A DNA stretch of 58,088 nucleotides from a virus (Duplodnaviria; Caudoviricetes): positions 1-58,088 of the IMG/VR virus record IMGVR_UViG_3300036800_000168; one strand, written 5' to 3'. Below are positions 8,925 to 19,500 of this stretch, one piece after another; within the stretch, counting starts at the first letter, position 1, and every line of letters begins with the position of its first letter. The position numbers and the translations under genes are program-made. Below the pieces are notes generated by a model. That model ran no database searches, had not been told where the DNA came from, and saw only the letters and a list, made by a program, of their open reading frames with translations.

Positions 8925-11900
8925 GCGAACATCACGTCGTCGTCGTAGTCGTCCAAGCTGATGCCCCTCCTGGCCAGGTCGTCGTCCTCGTCCTCGTAGT
9001 GCGTTCCCTCCAGGCGGAGCAGGTCCAGGTTCCTGGCCCGGCTGCCCGCGCCCTCCCTGACCAGCTCGTCGGCCTCCGCCTTCGGCAGCGCGTCGGCGGT
9101 CCTGGTCAGGTACTGCCGGGCCGCCACCGCGATGTCGCCGTCAGCCGGCCCCGGCGCCGATCCGCCCGAGTAGCCCTTCGCCGCCGCCGACCGCTGGAAG
9201 GAGGCCACGATGTCCTCGATGCCGCCCTGCGGCTGCCCGGCGGGCACTGCCGTCTCGTCGGAGTCGGCCCCGCCGCCGGACCACTGCTGGTTGCCGGTCG
9301 TCTGGATCGACGGGTCGTCCGGGGACAGGGCGTCGTCCATTGACCCCAGGCCGGGCTCCTGCCCCACCGGAGACGGCTGCTGCGCCTGCGGGGAGGTCTC
9401 CCGGCCCAGGTCGCCCATCGGGGTGCCGCCGAGCATCTGCCGGAGCCTGGCGCTGGCGGACGCGCCGAACTCGCCTAGCTTCGCCTCGTCGAGCGCAGCC
9501 CCCTGGCCTGTGCCGGTCCCGGCGTCCCCGCCGCCGATCGTCCCGTCAGCGGCGGCCGTCGCCTCGATCTCGTCATCCCCGGTGGTCGAGGGAAGCGCGG
9601 GCTCCGGGTTGTCGTGCAGCTCGGCCCGGGACTCCTCCATCCGGATGCCGTTCGGGTCCCTGGGGGTCATCGCCGTCGATGGCCCGGCGGTGCTCGCGCG
9701 GTCGGTGTAGCCGAACGTCCCCTGGTCCTCGGCCTGCCAGCCGTTCACGTCCGGCCAGTGCAGGTCCCCCGGCACCGGGTGCGGCGCGCCGGGGGCCAGC
9801 ACCTGGTGCCCGGAGGCGGTGTTGGACAAAGGCATCTGGAGGACGCTGCCGTCCTGGATGCCTCCCCAGTTCTCCGGGTCGGGCCCGGCGAGGGGGCCGT
9901 AGCTGCCCGGGTCCTGGTCCTTGTTCGGCGGGGAGGTCGCCCCGTAGGGCTTCTGCGGCGGGTGCTGGGTGACGTTGTCCGATCCCCACGGGGAGTTCGC
10001 CTGGTCGGCGGTGGCGCGCATCCCGGCCAGGAGCTGGAGCGCGCCAACTTCCTCCGGGTCTTCCCCGGCGCGCACCAGCGCGGCGATGGCGCGCCAGGCG
10101 GGCGTATCCGGCGCGCTGGCGCTCTCCTGGTGCGCGCGCCGGCGCGCCAGTGGCGCGCGCCATTCCTCGCGCCACCTGCCCGCGTGCGGCTCTCCCTCGT
10201 ACGGCGGCCAGGACTTCACCACGACGCTCGGGGGCGACCAGCCGGGCACCTCGGCATCGGAGCTGAAGCTGCGGCCGAACATGCCGCGTGCCTGGGCCTC
10301 GAACTGGAGGGCCATCACGTGCGAGCAGGGACGGCCCGCGTACCGGGTGCCGGCCGTCTTGTCCTGGTGGAACGACGCCCACGGGCAGCCGCACGCCCAG
10401 TGCTGGATGGTGAGCTGCTTGCCGACCGGCCGCTGGATGCCGGACTCGTAGGTGTCGTGGTCGCCGCGCACCTCTCCGACGACGACGCCAGCCGAGGCGT
10501 GCACGATGCGGACGTGGCCCTCGGCCCTGATCCGCTTCGCCTTGGCGACGACGTCATTCCAGGCGGCGGTGAATTCGAAGCGGAACGCCGGACTCGCGGC
10601 GGAAGCGGTGAACATCGCTAGCGCGCCGTCCTTGCTGAACGGCGTGCTCTCGTCATCGCTGCCGCTGGCGTCGTCCGGGTCATCGCCGAGGCTCTCCTCC
10701 TGGCTACCCGGGGGAGGCGGCGCGCCATCCTGCGCCGGCGCGCCGCTGAACTCCCCTGGCGCGCCGCGCGTCACCTGGCCGTCGCCGCTGCCCTGGGTGT
10801 AGGCGCGGGAGGTCTCGTTCACCTGGGCCCCGGCCGGGGGCCAGGACGCAGGGTCGGCCGTCGGGTCGTCCGCGTCCTTGTCCTGTGCCCCGGGCTGTGG
10901 ACTGGCCTGTGGACCGTCCTGCGGGGTGTCCAGCGAGTCGGTGTCGTCTACCTGCGAGGACTCGCTACCCGGGTCGTTCCTGTCCTGTGGACTGTCCTGT
11001 GGACTGTCCGGCTTCTTGTCCTTGCCGGCGTCCAGGGAGTTGCCCGGGTCGTCGTGCTCGTGCAGCTCCTTGCCGTCGATCCGCACGTGGACGTTGAGCG
11101 CGTTCATCATCCGCAGGAACCGGGCCGGGTCACGCTCCCGGATGTCCTCCTGCGGGCGCGGGCGGAAGTCCCGCGAGTCGGTGACCGACCTCTCCGGGTC
11201 GCCGTCGGCCGAGCCGCCGTGCTCGGGCAGCGCCAGCGGGTAGCCGGACGGGTCCCGCATGGCCGGCCCTAGCGAGGTGATATCCGGGCCGAACTTGTCG
11301 TCCAGGCCGCCCGCGCCCTCGACCGGGCCGATGCCCTCGCCCTGGTCCTCGTGGCTGACGTGCTCACCCGGGCCGAGCAGGGGGAACTCTGACGACGGCA
11401 CGAAGTCGCCCCAGGTGGCGCCCTCCGGGTTCTCCTGCCAGCGGTGCAGGCTGCCGCGCTCCTTGCCGGTCCACGGCACCCGGGCGGTCCGGCGGGAGCC
11501 GGTGAACTCGTGGTAGCCGCCCGCGTCACGGCCTTCCCAGGCTGGGTCGGCCTCATAGCCGCCCTCGTGGTCGTGCCCGGCTCGCCCGGACATGTGCAGC
11601 CCGTCATGGATGGCGGCCAGCGCGGTGTCCCCGTAGTCATCCTGAACGGGGAACCCGTGGTCCCCGCCGACGTGCCTGCGCAGCTCGTGCAGCTCGGCCG
11701 GGCTCAGGGCGGCGGTGAACGCGCCGATCTCCAGTCCGGGGCCGCCCCCGGCCGACATCCCCTCGGGGTACATCCCGACGGTCGCGCCGTTCTCGTCCTT
11801 CTTGCTGCCTGACGGGAGCGCCTGGTTCCACCGGGGGTCGCCGTGGCCCTCGGTGGAGCGGTCGTCGTAGCCGTTCGGCTCGCTGGCGCGGGGGACGGTG

Positions 11901-12349
11901 CCGTGCGCCGGCGCGTCCCCCGCGCCGTCGATCTGCGTGCCGTTGATGGTGGTGGCGTGGTGGCGCGCGCCGATCAGCGCGCCAGCCTCCTCGATCTGCG
12001 CCAGGCGCGCCATCACGGGGCTCATGTCCGGGTCGTAGACGGGTGGCGGGGCCTCTTCCTGCGGGCCGAGGTGCTCGTGCACCCACTCCTGCTGGCCGGG
12101 CTCAGCCCAGTGCATGCCGAGGTCGCCTTCGCCGCCGTTGTAGTCCTGGTCGCGGGCGTCCTCGGGGGTGCCGTAGGCGTCGGCCTGGCGGCGCGTCCCG
12201 ATGACGGTGATCTGCCGTCCCGGGTCGGGCCGGTCAGTCAGGACGGTCCCCATCTCCGGGTAGTCGTGGGCGGCGGTGCGCTGCCCCTGGTCGTCTTCAG
12301 GCTCCTCGTCGTGCACCTGGGACAGCCTTGTTGAGTGCCTCCGCATCAT
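8921..12349 (-). CDS. Large head-associated polyprotein with SWIM-type zinc finger
   Basis: AAWNDVVAKAKRIR...WACGCPW...PCSH (CxC-xn-CxH); acidic low-complexity linkers; AGGAGG RBS. Confidence 0.8.
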   Translation of the reverse strand: MMRRHSTRLSQVHDEEPEDDQGQRTAAHDYPEMGTVLTDRPDPGRQITVIGTRRQADAYGTPEDARDQDYNGGEGDLGMHWAEPGQQEWVHEHLGPQEEAPPPVYDPDMSPVMARLAQIEEAGALIGARHHATTINGTQIDGAGDAPAHGTVPRASEPNGYDDRSTEGHGDPRWNQALPSGSKKDENGATVGMYPEGMSAGGGPGLEIGAFTAALSPAELHELRRHVGGDHGFPVQDDYGDTALAAIHDGLHMSGRAGHDHEGGYEADPAWEGRDAGGYHEFTGSRRTARVPWTGKERGSLHRWQENPEGATWGDFVPSSEFPLLGPGEHVSHEDQGEGIGPVEGAGGLDDKFGPDITSLGPAMRDPSGYPLALPEHGGSADGDPERSVTDSRDFRPRPQEDIRERDPARFLRMMNALNVHVRIDGKELHEHDDPGNSLDAGKDKKPDSPQDSPQDRNDPGSESSQVDDTDSLDTPQDGPQASPQPGAQDKDADDPTADPASWPPAGAQVNETSRAYTQGSGDGQVTRGAPGEFSGAPAQDGAPPPPGSQEESLGDDPDDASGSDDESTPFSKDGALAMFTASAASPAFRFEFTAAWNDVVAKAKRIRAEGHVRIVHASAGVVVGEVRGDHDTYESGIQRPVGKQLTIQHWACGCPWASFHQDKTAGTRYAGRPCSHVMALQFEAQARGMFGRSFSSDAEVPGWSPPSVVVKSWPPYEGEPHAGRWREEWRAPLARRRAHQESASAPDTPAWRAIAALVRAGEDPEEVGALQLLAGMRATADQANSPWGSDNVTQHPPQKPYGATSPPNKDQDPGSYGPLAGPDPENWGGIQDGSVLQMPLSNTASGHQVLAPGAPHPVPGDLHWPDVNGWQAEDQGTFGYTDRASTAGPSTAMTPRDPNGIRMEESRAELHDNPEPALPSTTGDDEIEATAAADGTIGGGDAGTGTGQGAALDEAKLGEFGASASARLRQMLGGTPMGDLGRETSPQAQQPSPVGQEPGLGSMDDALSPDDPSIQTTGNQQWSGGGADSDETAVPAGQPQGGIEDIVASFQRSAAAKGYSGGSAPGPADGDIAVAARQYLTRTADALPKAEADELVREGAGSRARNLDLLRLEGTHYEDEDDDLARRGISLDDYDDDVMFA
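10136..10170. repeat. 35-bp sequence, exact inverted copy of 43389-43423
   Basis: gcgccggcgcgccagtggcgcgcgccattcctcgc compared base by base. Confidence 0.9.
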
Positions 12350-12364
12350 GCCGCCTCCTCACCC

Positions 12365-12386
12365 CTTCTGGCGGCAAGGCCGGAAA
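12365..12386 (-). promoter_or_regulatory. Putative late promoter motif TTTCC-N11-CAGAAG
   Basis: Directly upstream of the RBS of the 1142-aa gene. Confidence 0.5.
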
Positions 12387-12389
12387 ACG

Positions 12390-12418
12390 TTGAGAAATAC
12401 AGCTTTCCTTGATATTGT
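12390..12418 (+). promoter_or_regulatory. Sigma70-type promoter with conserved spacer box
   Basis: TTGAGA-aatacagctttccttga-TATTGT. Confidence 0.8.
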
Positions 12419-12450
12419 CTCGCTATGAACCCAATTAACGAGGCGACCTG

Positions 12451-12732
12451 ATGGTCAGGGAGTGGCCCCTCACCGAGGAGTTCGACGGGCTGCGCAAGCA
12501 CCTGATCACCGAGCACGGAGTACTGGACGCCGATGAGCTGGGCGACTCCCTGGCTGTCGCCGAGCACTACGCCCAGCACTTCTCCCCCGACGGGGGCCGT
12601 ACCCCGGCGAAGGGGACCTGGGGACACCGCTTTGACGACCTGTCCTACAACCAGGACATCGACCTGGATGTCGTCGAAGATCCGTTCACTGTCCGAGGCA
12701 ACGACTTGTTCGGCACAAAGGGGTTCCGGTGA
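12451..12732 (+). CDS. Hypothetical protein with four-His motif
   Basis: LRKHLITEHG-x15-HYAQH; GAGG RBS. Confidence 0.75.
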   Translation: MVREWPLTEEFDGLRKHLITEHGVLDADELGDSLAVAEHYAQHFSPDGGRTPAKGTWGHRFDDLSYNQDIDLDVVEDPFTVRGNDLFGTKGFR

Positions 12733-13055
12733 GCGATGAGCTTGAGCTAAGGATCTACGACAAGTCGATCACCGTGGGCGAGCACCGGAAGCTGCGCAAC
12801 GCCGCCTCCTGCGCCGCCAGGACAGGAGAGGTCACCTACCTGGACTTCCCCGGCGGCCGGGCCGCGATCGTTCCCGAGGAGGCCGCCCGGTGGTGGGAGG
12901 CGTACGTCGCTGAACTCTGCCCAGGGTGCGCTGTCGGGAGGCACATTCAGTGCTTCAGGTACGTCGGCCAGGCCTGTAGCTGCATCAACGCCGCCGTGCA
13001 CGACGAGTACGAGATGGCACGGTCGATCCAGTCCGGCTTGCTGAGGAGGCAGTAG
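12729..13055 (+). CDS. Phd/YefM-like domain protein with Cys-rich tail
   Basis: AARTGEVTYL..PGGRAAIVPEE; CPGC...H..C...CSC. Confidence 0.55.
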   Translation: MSDELELRIYDKSITVGEHRKLRNAASCAARTGEVTYLDFPGGRAAIVPEEAARWWEAYVAELCPGCAVGRHIQCFRYVGQACSCINAAVHDEYEMARSIQSGLLRRQ

Positions 13056-13357
13056 TGAGCGGCGTCATCAACATCGAGGACTACACCGGGGACGGCGCAG
13101 TGGGCGACGCGCTCCGGATGTGGGATGTCGTGCAGGCGGCTTTCGCCCGCGCCCTGGTCGGCTCCGTCACCTACGTCTACCTCGACGGGAACCTGATTGC
13201 CACAGTCACCCCGCCTGAGGCGGGCGAGCGGTACGAGCACGCGAACGCGGTCATGGCCCAGCCGAGGGAGCACGAGGCGACAGTCCCGGTCGTGGTCCGC
13301 GCCCAGCGGCGCCGCCGCAGGCTCCGAGGCTGGAGTCCGTTCGAGGGCCTTTTCTGA
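13055..13357 (+). CDS. Phd/YefM-like domain protein
   Basis: ARALVGSVTYVYLDGNLIATVTPPE. Confidence 0.5.
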   Translation: MSGVINIEDYTGDGAVGDALRMWDVVQAAFARALVGSVTYVYLDGNLIATVTPPEAGERYEHANAVMAQPREHEATVPVVVRAQRRRRRLRGWSPFEGLF

Positions 13358-13366
13358 GGAGGAGCC

Positions 13367-13519
13367 GTGGAGATCAGCCTCGGTGATGACGTCTGGGACC
13401 TCGGTACCGCATTCCTGGAGGCCACCAGGGCGGCTACCTTCAGCGGCACCACCACCCCGGTTTACGACGAGGAAGGCCGCCGCGTCGCCACGATCGTCCC
13501 GTACAAGGAGGAAGGGTAA
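13367..13519 (+). CDS. 50-aa Phd/YefM-like protein (below ORF-track cutoff)
   Basis: GAGGAGGAG RBS, GTG start, AATFSGTTTPVYDEEGRRVATIVP, TAATG overlap. Confidence 0.6.
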   Translation: MEISLGDDVWDLGTAFLEATRAATFSGTTTPVYDEEGRRVATIVPYKEEG

Positions 13520-13938
13520 TGCCGCTGCTGGCTGTCGCCGCCATCGTCGCGATGCTGCTGCTCGCCTGGGCCGGCGTGGAGCTGAACGACTTCATCCGCG
13601 CCTATCCGGGGCAGTTCTACATGGCCGTCTTCGCCGCCTGCTTCATCGCCGTCGCGGTAGGGATCGGCCGGATTCACCACGCGGTGCGCGACCAGGTGCC
13701 GCTCGCGCCTCCTCCCCCGCCGCTTCCTGCGGCGATCAGGGCGGTACCCGTCCTGCTGGCGGTCGCAGCGCCCGGAGCGGAAGAGGACGCCCCCGGCTGC
13801 GAGGGACTCTCCTGCGCCCGCAAGGTGAGCATGGACCCGTGGACCGCCCGGGTGGAAGGCGACGAGGACGATCACCTGTTCTGCTCGCAGGAGTGCGCGC
13901 AGGAGTGGAAGGACGTCAGGGCGGCCCCGTCCCTGTAG
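13519..13938 (+). CDS. Membrane protein (two TM) with C-terminal Cys cluster
   Basis: Two hydrophobic helices; C....C...FCSQEC. Confidence 0.7.
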   Translation: MPLLAVAAIVAMLLLAWAGVELNDFIRAYPGQFYMAVFAACFIAVAVGIGRIHHAVRDQVPLAPPPPPLPAAIRAVPVLLAVAAPGAEEDAPGCEGLSCARKVSMDPWTARVEGDEDDHLFCSQECAQEWKDVRAAPSL

Positions 13939-13990
13939 GACCCGCAGGCGGGCGTCGGAGCGGCGTCGAGCGCGAAGCCGCTCACCTTCG

Positions 13991-14236
13991 TCACAGCGGC
14001 TGCCTCCACCAGATGTGAGCCGTGATCACGACAACGAACAGGAGCCACGCCAGGAGGGAATTCCACCAGGCGAGGCCGTGGATGCTGGGCGAGAGCGCGA
14101 TGTCGATGTGCAGCTCGTGCCAGCAGTAGTAACTCAGCGTGTTCTTGACGTTGGTGAACAGCGCGAACAGCTCGGGGCCGAGGAACGCGACAGCCACCAT
14201 GACCAGGCCCCAGGGCCAGTAGACGTAACCCCACAC
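13991..14236 (-). CDS. Small two-TM membrane protein
   Basis: Hydrophobic, Trp-rich; GGGAGG RBS. Confidence 0.7.
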   Translation of the reverse strand: MWGYVYWPWGLVMVAVAFLGPELFALFTNVKNTLSYYCWHELHIDIALSPSIHGLAWWNSLLAWLLFVVVITAHIWWRQPL

Positions 14237-14266
14237 GGAAGACCTCCCAGGTCTTCCGGGCTGCCG

Positions 14267-16468
14267 TCAGCAGGTGACCTGCGTGAAGGTGACGTCGGCG
14301 CTGGTGAACGTCATCTTGACGTACCATCCCTTCGGCACCAGGACGCTGTAAAGGTTGGTTATGGGGGCGGTAGCGCTCGCCACGATGGTGTTAGCCGCAG
14401 AGGACGTCGGCCCCATCGCCAGGGAGAAGGTCGCCGTTGCCGTGTGAGTGTTGACGTAGAGCATCACGTCCTGCACGGTGCTCAACTGCTTCGCGGTACC
14501 GGAGGTGAACGTCGGCGTGCTGGCTGTCGCGGTGCCGCTGGTGTCGGTGCCGCCGTTGACCGGCAGCACCGACTGGACGGCGCCGTTGAGCAGGGTGGCG
14601 GTCCCTGCCAGTGAAGCCCCCGGCGCGAGGAGGCCCTGCTCGGTGCCGTCGGTGGCAAGCGTGATGTTAGACCTGGACGACCCGGTGGCGTACAGGCCGT
14701 AGGCGATGCCGCCGAAGGTGGACAGGGCAATGTCAATGTTGCAGCCGTTGATGCCGTTGAGGTAGACCGCCGAGTAGCCGTTCGGGTTGCTGGTGTTCTG
14801 GAGCCCGGTACCGGGATTGTCAAAATTAACGGTCGCGCCGATGCCGCTGATCGTGCAGCCGGCGCAGCCGTTGAGCCAGTAGGAGCCGATCGACGGCTCC
14901 TGGGAGTCCAGTCCGGTCCAGGCCGACCCGGAGGCCAGGCCGTCGAAGGCGTAGTCCCAGCCCCACACCTGCGGCGACGTCGCCGCGTTCAGCGGCAGCC
15001 AGTGGGCCGCGTCTGAGGACGGCACGGTGGAGCCGGTGACGGAGGCGAGGCAGTAGTACATCGTCCCCGCGTAGGCAATGCACACGCCGGCCGTGTAGGC
15101 GGTCCCGGACACCCACGCCGGGGTGGGGGCCGACCAGTGGGAGGCGTCCGAGGACGGGGCGGTGGTGCCGGTGACGGAGGCGGTGCAGATGTACGTCCCG
15201 GTGCCGGAGGTGACGACGTTGCCGACGGCATAGGACGTGCCGGACACCCACGCGCCGTCGGCGCTGACCAGGGCAACCCAGTGGGTCCCGTCGGAGCTGG
15301 GGGCGGTCGTGCCGGAGTTGGCCGAGATGCAGAAGTAGAGGTTGCCTCCGTACACGGCCCCGTTCCCGGCCGACCATGCCTGCCCCGAGGTCCACACGGG
15401 GTTGCACCCGTTGTTGTAGCTCTTGATGGACGCGCCGTTGGTCGCGCCGTGGTCCACGTAGACGCCGGCGACCCCGTTGAACCCGAGGTTGCAGTTGGCG
15501 AAGAGGGTGTCGAACGAGCTAGTTGCCCCGTTGCCCCGGCACGCCTCCACCCAGACGTTGGTCAGGGTGCACGCCGACCGGCCGGAGTGGAAGTAGCCGT
15601 CCCCGGTGCAGGCCTGGACGTAGACGTCATCGAAGACGTGCGACGGGTCGAACGCAGGGTCTGATCCTGCCTGTGACGTGGATGGATTAGTGGTGACGTT
15701 GATCCCGTGAGAGTAGCTGGGGATCGTCGTGTAGTACGAGTTCCCGTGGATGCCCAGGGACTTGACCCCGCTGTAGAAAGCGTTGACCAGGTCGGCCTGG
15801 GCGGGGGCCGACCCTCCCACTGTCGCCGCGAGGATCGCCGCCTGGGACGCCGAGTTGTAAATCTCCATCTGGATGACGTCAGCGGCGACTGCCGTTGCCA
15901 TGGTGATCATCGTCACGTTCCGCCCGGCACCCCGGAGGATGACGCCCGGCGGGATGATCAGCGTGTTCGAGATGTGGAAGCTTCCCGGCCCAAGGTCGAC
16001 AATGCCGCCTTCTCCCTGGAGCCACCCGGTCGCGGTGCCGAAGCTGAGCAGCGCCATCTGGATGGCTGTCGTCGAGTCAGCGCCGCCGGTCGGGTCCGCG
16101 CCGAACCTGGTCACGGCGTTCACCGATTCGCCCGAGGACTGGCCGAGCCCCTCAAGGGACGCTGCGGTGGTCACGTTCTGGACGGTGAACCCGCCGACGT
16201 GGACGACCGGGGTGGTGCCCTCCGTGCCCCGGGTCACCGTCCAGGTGGTCCCGCTGACGTTGGTGACGATCATCTTCTCGCCCGACGTACCGGGGTTCAC
16301 GTCGGTGACCCGGAAGAACGTCGGCGTGGAGGCGGACGAGGTGGCCGCCGGGAACGCGGTGGACGACGCGACCGTCCACGTCTCGGACGTCCCGGACGCC
16401 GGCGCGGTGGTGCCGCCGCTGCTGACAGTCGTCTGCGCCTGGTTGGCGAAAAGTTCAAGGCCGGCCAA
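14267..16468 (-). CDS. Fibre/spike protein with pectate-lyase-like beta-helix and three CBM5/12-like repeats
   Basis: FGADPTG..DST.AIQ.A motif; W.SG..Y..G..V....Y.C....G...PSSD..HW x3. Confidence 0.8.
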   Translation of the reverse strand: MAGLELFANQAQTTVSSGGTTAPASGTSETWTVASSTAFPAATSSASTPTFFRVTDVNPGTSGEKMIVTNVSGTTWTVTRGTEGTTPVVHVGGFTVQNVTTAASLEGLGQSSGESVNAVTRFGADPTGGADSTTAIQMALLSFGTATGWLQGEGGIVDLGPGSFHISNTLIIPPGVILRGAGRNVTMITMATAVAADVIQMEIYNSASQAAILAATVGGSAPAQADLVNAFYSGVKSLGIHGNSYYTTIPSYSHGINVTTNPSTSQAGSDPAFDPSHVFDDVYVQACTGDGYFHSGRSACTLTNVWVEACRGNGATSSFDTLFANCNLGFNGVAGVYVDHGATNGASIKSYNNGCNPVWTSGQAWSAGNGAVYGGNLYFCISANSGTTAPSSDGTHWVALVSADGAWVSGTSYAVGNVVTSGTGTYICTASVTGTTAPSSDASHWSAPTPAWVSGTAYTAGVCIAYAGTMYYCLASVTGSTVPSSDAAHWLPLNAATSPQVWGWDYAFDGLASGSAWTGLDSQEPSIGSYWLNGCAGCTISGIGATVNFDNPGTGLQNTSNPNGYSAVYLNGINGCNIDIALSTFGGIAYGLYATGSSRSNITLATDGTEQGLLAPGASLAGTATLLNGAVQSVLPVNGGTDTSGTATASTPTFTSGTAKQLSTVQDVMLYVNTHTATATFSLAMGPTSSAANTIVASATAPITNLYSVLVPKGWYVKMTFTSADVTFTQVTC

Positions 16469-16506
16469 GGGATCCTCCGGGTGTAGTGCTCAGGGCTTCC
16501 GTGGGC

Positions 16507-19500
16507 TCAGCCGGTCACCCCGGCGAAGACGCGCTTCTGCGCCGCCTGGAAGGCCTTGTAGGCGAGGTCGGCCTGCCGCTCGGCCTCGTACGCCTTCGCG
16601 TAGAGGAACCCGGCCGTCCCGTCGGTGCCGCCCGCCTGCCGCATCATGTGCCAGTTCTCGAAGGCCCGGTTCTCCCGGTGCCGCGCCTGCTGGTAGGCGG
16701 CCCACAGGGCTTCGAGGTCAGGCCCGGCGGTCGCCAGCACGGCCAGCCGGGTCCCGGCGGACAGGGCGGCAGCGCCGAGTACGTTGACGCCGGAGGCGAA
16801 CAGCACCGGGTGCGCGGCCAGGGCCGCCTGCCCCCGCTGCGGGATGACCCCGGCGGCGGAGAACCCGCCCGGCGCCGACAGGTGAGCGGCGCCTGGTCGC
16901 GCGAGCGCCGCCAGGGCATGCAGGCTCGACTGGGCGGCGAGCGCGGCGAGCGCGTGGACGCTGCGGTGAGCGGTGCCGCCGGCGCTGCCGGATCCCGACA
17001 GGGCAGCCGCCCCGAGGATGAACGGGGTGGCGGCGGCAGTAAGGCCTCCCGATCCTGACAGGGCGGCTGCCGCGTGCACGCTGAGCGTCCACGAGGCGGT
17101 CGCGGCCCCCAGGCCGGACAAGGCGGCGGCGCCGGGGACTTTCTTCTGCCCGGTACCGCCAAGGGCGCCCAGGCCGCCGAGCGCGGCTGCCCCGGGGATC
17201 GTCTTGCCAGCCGTGCCGCTGGCCGTGCCCAGCCCGGAGAGCGCCGCTGCCCCCGGGATCGTCTTCTGGCCTGCGGAGGACGCCGAGCCGCTGCCGGAGA
17301 GCGCTGCGGCGCCCGGGAGTGCCTTCTGGCCCGTGCCGCCCGCAGTGCCGAGGCCCGAGAGGGCGACTGCGGCGGAGTAGGCGACCTGAGGTGAGGCAGC
17401 GGCCGTTCCCAGTCCGCTGAGCGCTGCCGCCCCGCTGACCTGCTTGTGCCCGGTGCCAGAGGCGGTCCCCGTCCCCGACAGGGACGCGGAGCCGGGGAAG
17501 AACCCGCCAGCCGAGCCGGACAGGATGCCGAGGCCAGCCAGGACGGCGGCAGCTAGCAACGCTTCCGTGGCGGTCCCGCCGGCGGTACCAGAGCCCGAGA
17601 GCGGGGCCGCTGCGGGAACCTGCTTGTGCGCCGTTCCCGCCAGGGTGCCCGTGCCAGCGAGGAGGGCGGCGCCGACGCGGGTCGCCTGGCTGGTGCCGCC
17701 GGCCGTCCCCGTGCCAGAGAGGGACACGGCGCCAGGGAGCCTCTTCTGCCCGGTGGCCCCGGCGGTGCCCGAGCCCGATAGCAGGGCCGCTGCGGGGATG
17801 ACTGCCGTGCCCGTGGCCCCGGCCGTTCCCGTCCCGGACAGGGCTGCCGCGCCCGGCACCGCCTTGCGGGCCGTCCCCCCGAGGGAACCCGTCCCGGACA
17901 GGGCGGCTGCGGCGCTTACCGCCTGCGCCAGCGGCATGCCCGGGACCATGCTGCCGGGCAGCGCCAGCCCGGGGACGGCGGCGGTGAGGAAGGGCAGCGG
18001 GACGTACCCGGTCATGGTCCCCGAGCCGGACATCGCCACGGCCGCGTGCCTCGGGAAGTGCGCCCCGGCGCTGAGGGTGCCGGACCCCGACATCGTCACG
18101 CCCAGCGGCGGGAGGTTGAAAGAGGCGACGTAGCTGGTGCCGTCAGTGCCGCCCTCGCCGCTGAAGTAGCCGGTGAAGACGCTGGCGTACACGCTGCTGA
18201 TGTCGGTGGGCGACTCGTCGGAGGTGCTGAACTGGTTCGTCCAGGTCAGCCCGTCGGGGGCCGTGTCGAAGTAGATGGTGCCTGAATTTTCACGGATGCG
18301 GACCCAGGCGTGCGCGACCGGGTCGTAGGTGACCGGCGAGCCGATGACCGTGGTGCTGTTGCCCACCCACTGCCACGCCAGGAGGAGGCCCCGGTCCTCG
18401 AAGCCGAATGACCAGCCGTTGTCCTCGGCGGCGTCGCCGATGAACAGGCTGCACTCGTAGTTGACGCCGGGGACGCCCTGGTCCGGGGTGAGCTTGCAGA
18501 GCGCGTAGCTGCCGGCGAGGGAGTAGGCCGAGGCGGAGACGATCTCGGTGTAGCCGGTGGTGCAGGGCATCGCGCACTGGCCGCCCGCGATGGTAACGGT
18601 GCCCTGGGGGTTGGTCCACAAGGCGGACAGGGTGGTGCCGGGGAAGGAGTCCCGCAGCGTCTGGAGGAGGGGCGTCAGCGGGGTGATGCTCCCGCCGAGG
18701 GTGCCTGTCCCGGACATGGCTGCCGCGCTGATCCTCGTCCCCGTGGCGGTGCCCCCGGCGGTGCCCGACCCTGACAGGGGCGCTGACCCGAAGGTCCCCG
18801 CGTTACCTGTCCCGCTGAGGGCGCCCGTCCCGGAGAGAGCAGCGCTCCCGGCCAGGTGGCCGGCCCCGGACGCGGTCCCGGACCCGGACAGGGCCGCAGC
18901 TCCCGGGACTGTCTTTTGGGCGGTCCCCCCGAGGGCACCGGTCCCGGACAGGGCGGCTGCGTTCAGCGTGCCGGAAGTCGGCACGATCTCCAGGACGGCC
19001 GCCTGCCAGCCTTGACCGCCGCTCAAGGACGGCTGCGACCATCCGACCGTCGTTGACGTCAGCGACGAGACCGTACTGCTGGACTTGCCCGCGTCGAGCG
19101 TGCCGCCGTCAGCCACATCCAGCGCTGACGATATTGAAGTCGTTCCGCTCAAGGCGGTGTCTGCGGCATAGTTAGATGCGTGGCCGCCGACCACGTACAG
19201 CAGCGACCCGAGCACAGTCGGCGTTACCGCGACACCTATGCTCGTGCCGGTGGTACCTGATGCCGTGTTGCTCGCGCCTTGCGGGCTGGAGACGTTCGCG
19301 CCGTTAACGACCCGGACGGCGAGCATGAGTTCAGCGGCACTGCTGTCGCTGCCGCGAGAGTACGTAACGGTGATGCTGCCCGGTGCGGTCGTTACGGGCC
19401 GGGTGAATATCTGCGAGTGCTGATAGGCGGGCCCCGTAACGATGACCGGGCCAGGCGTCCATGTCCCGACAGCCGAGTCACTGGCAGCCCCGGTAAACGT

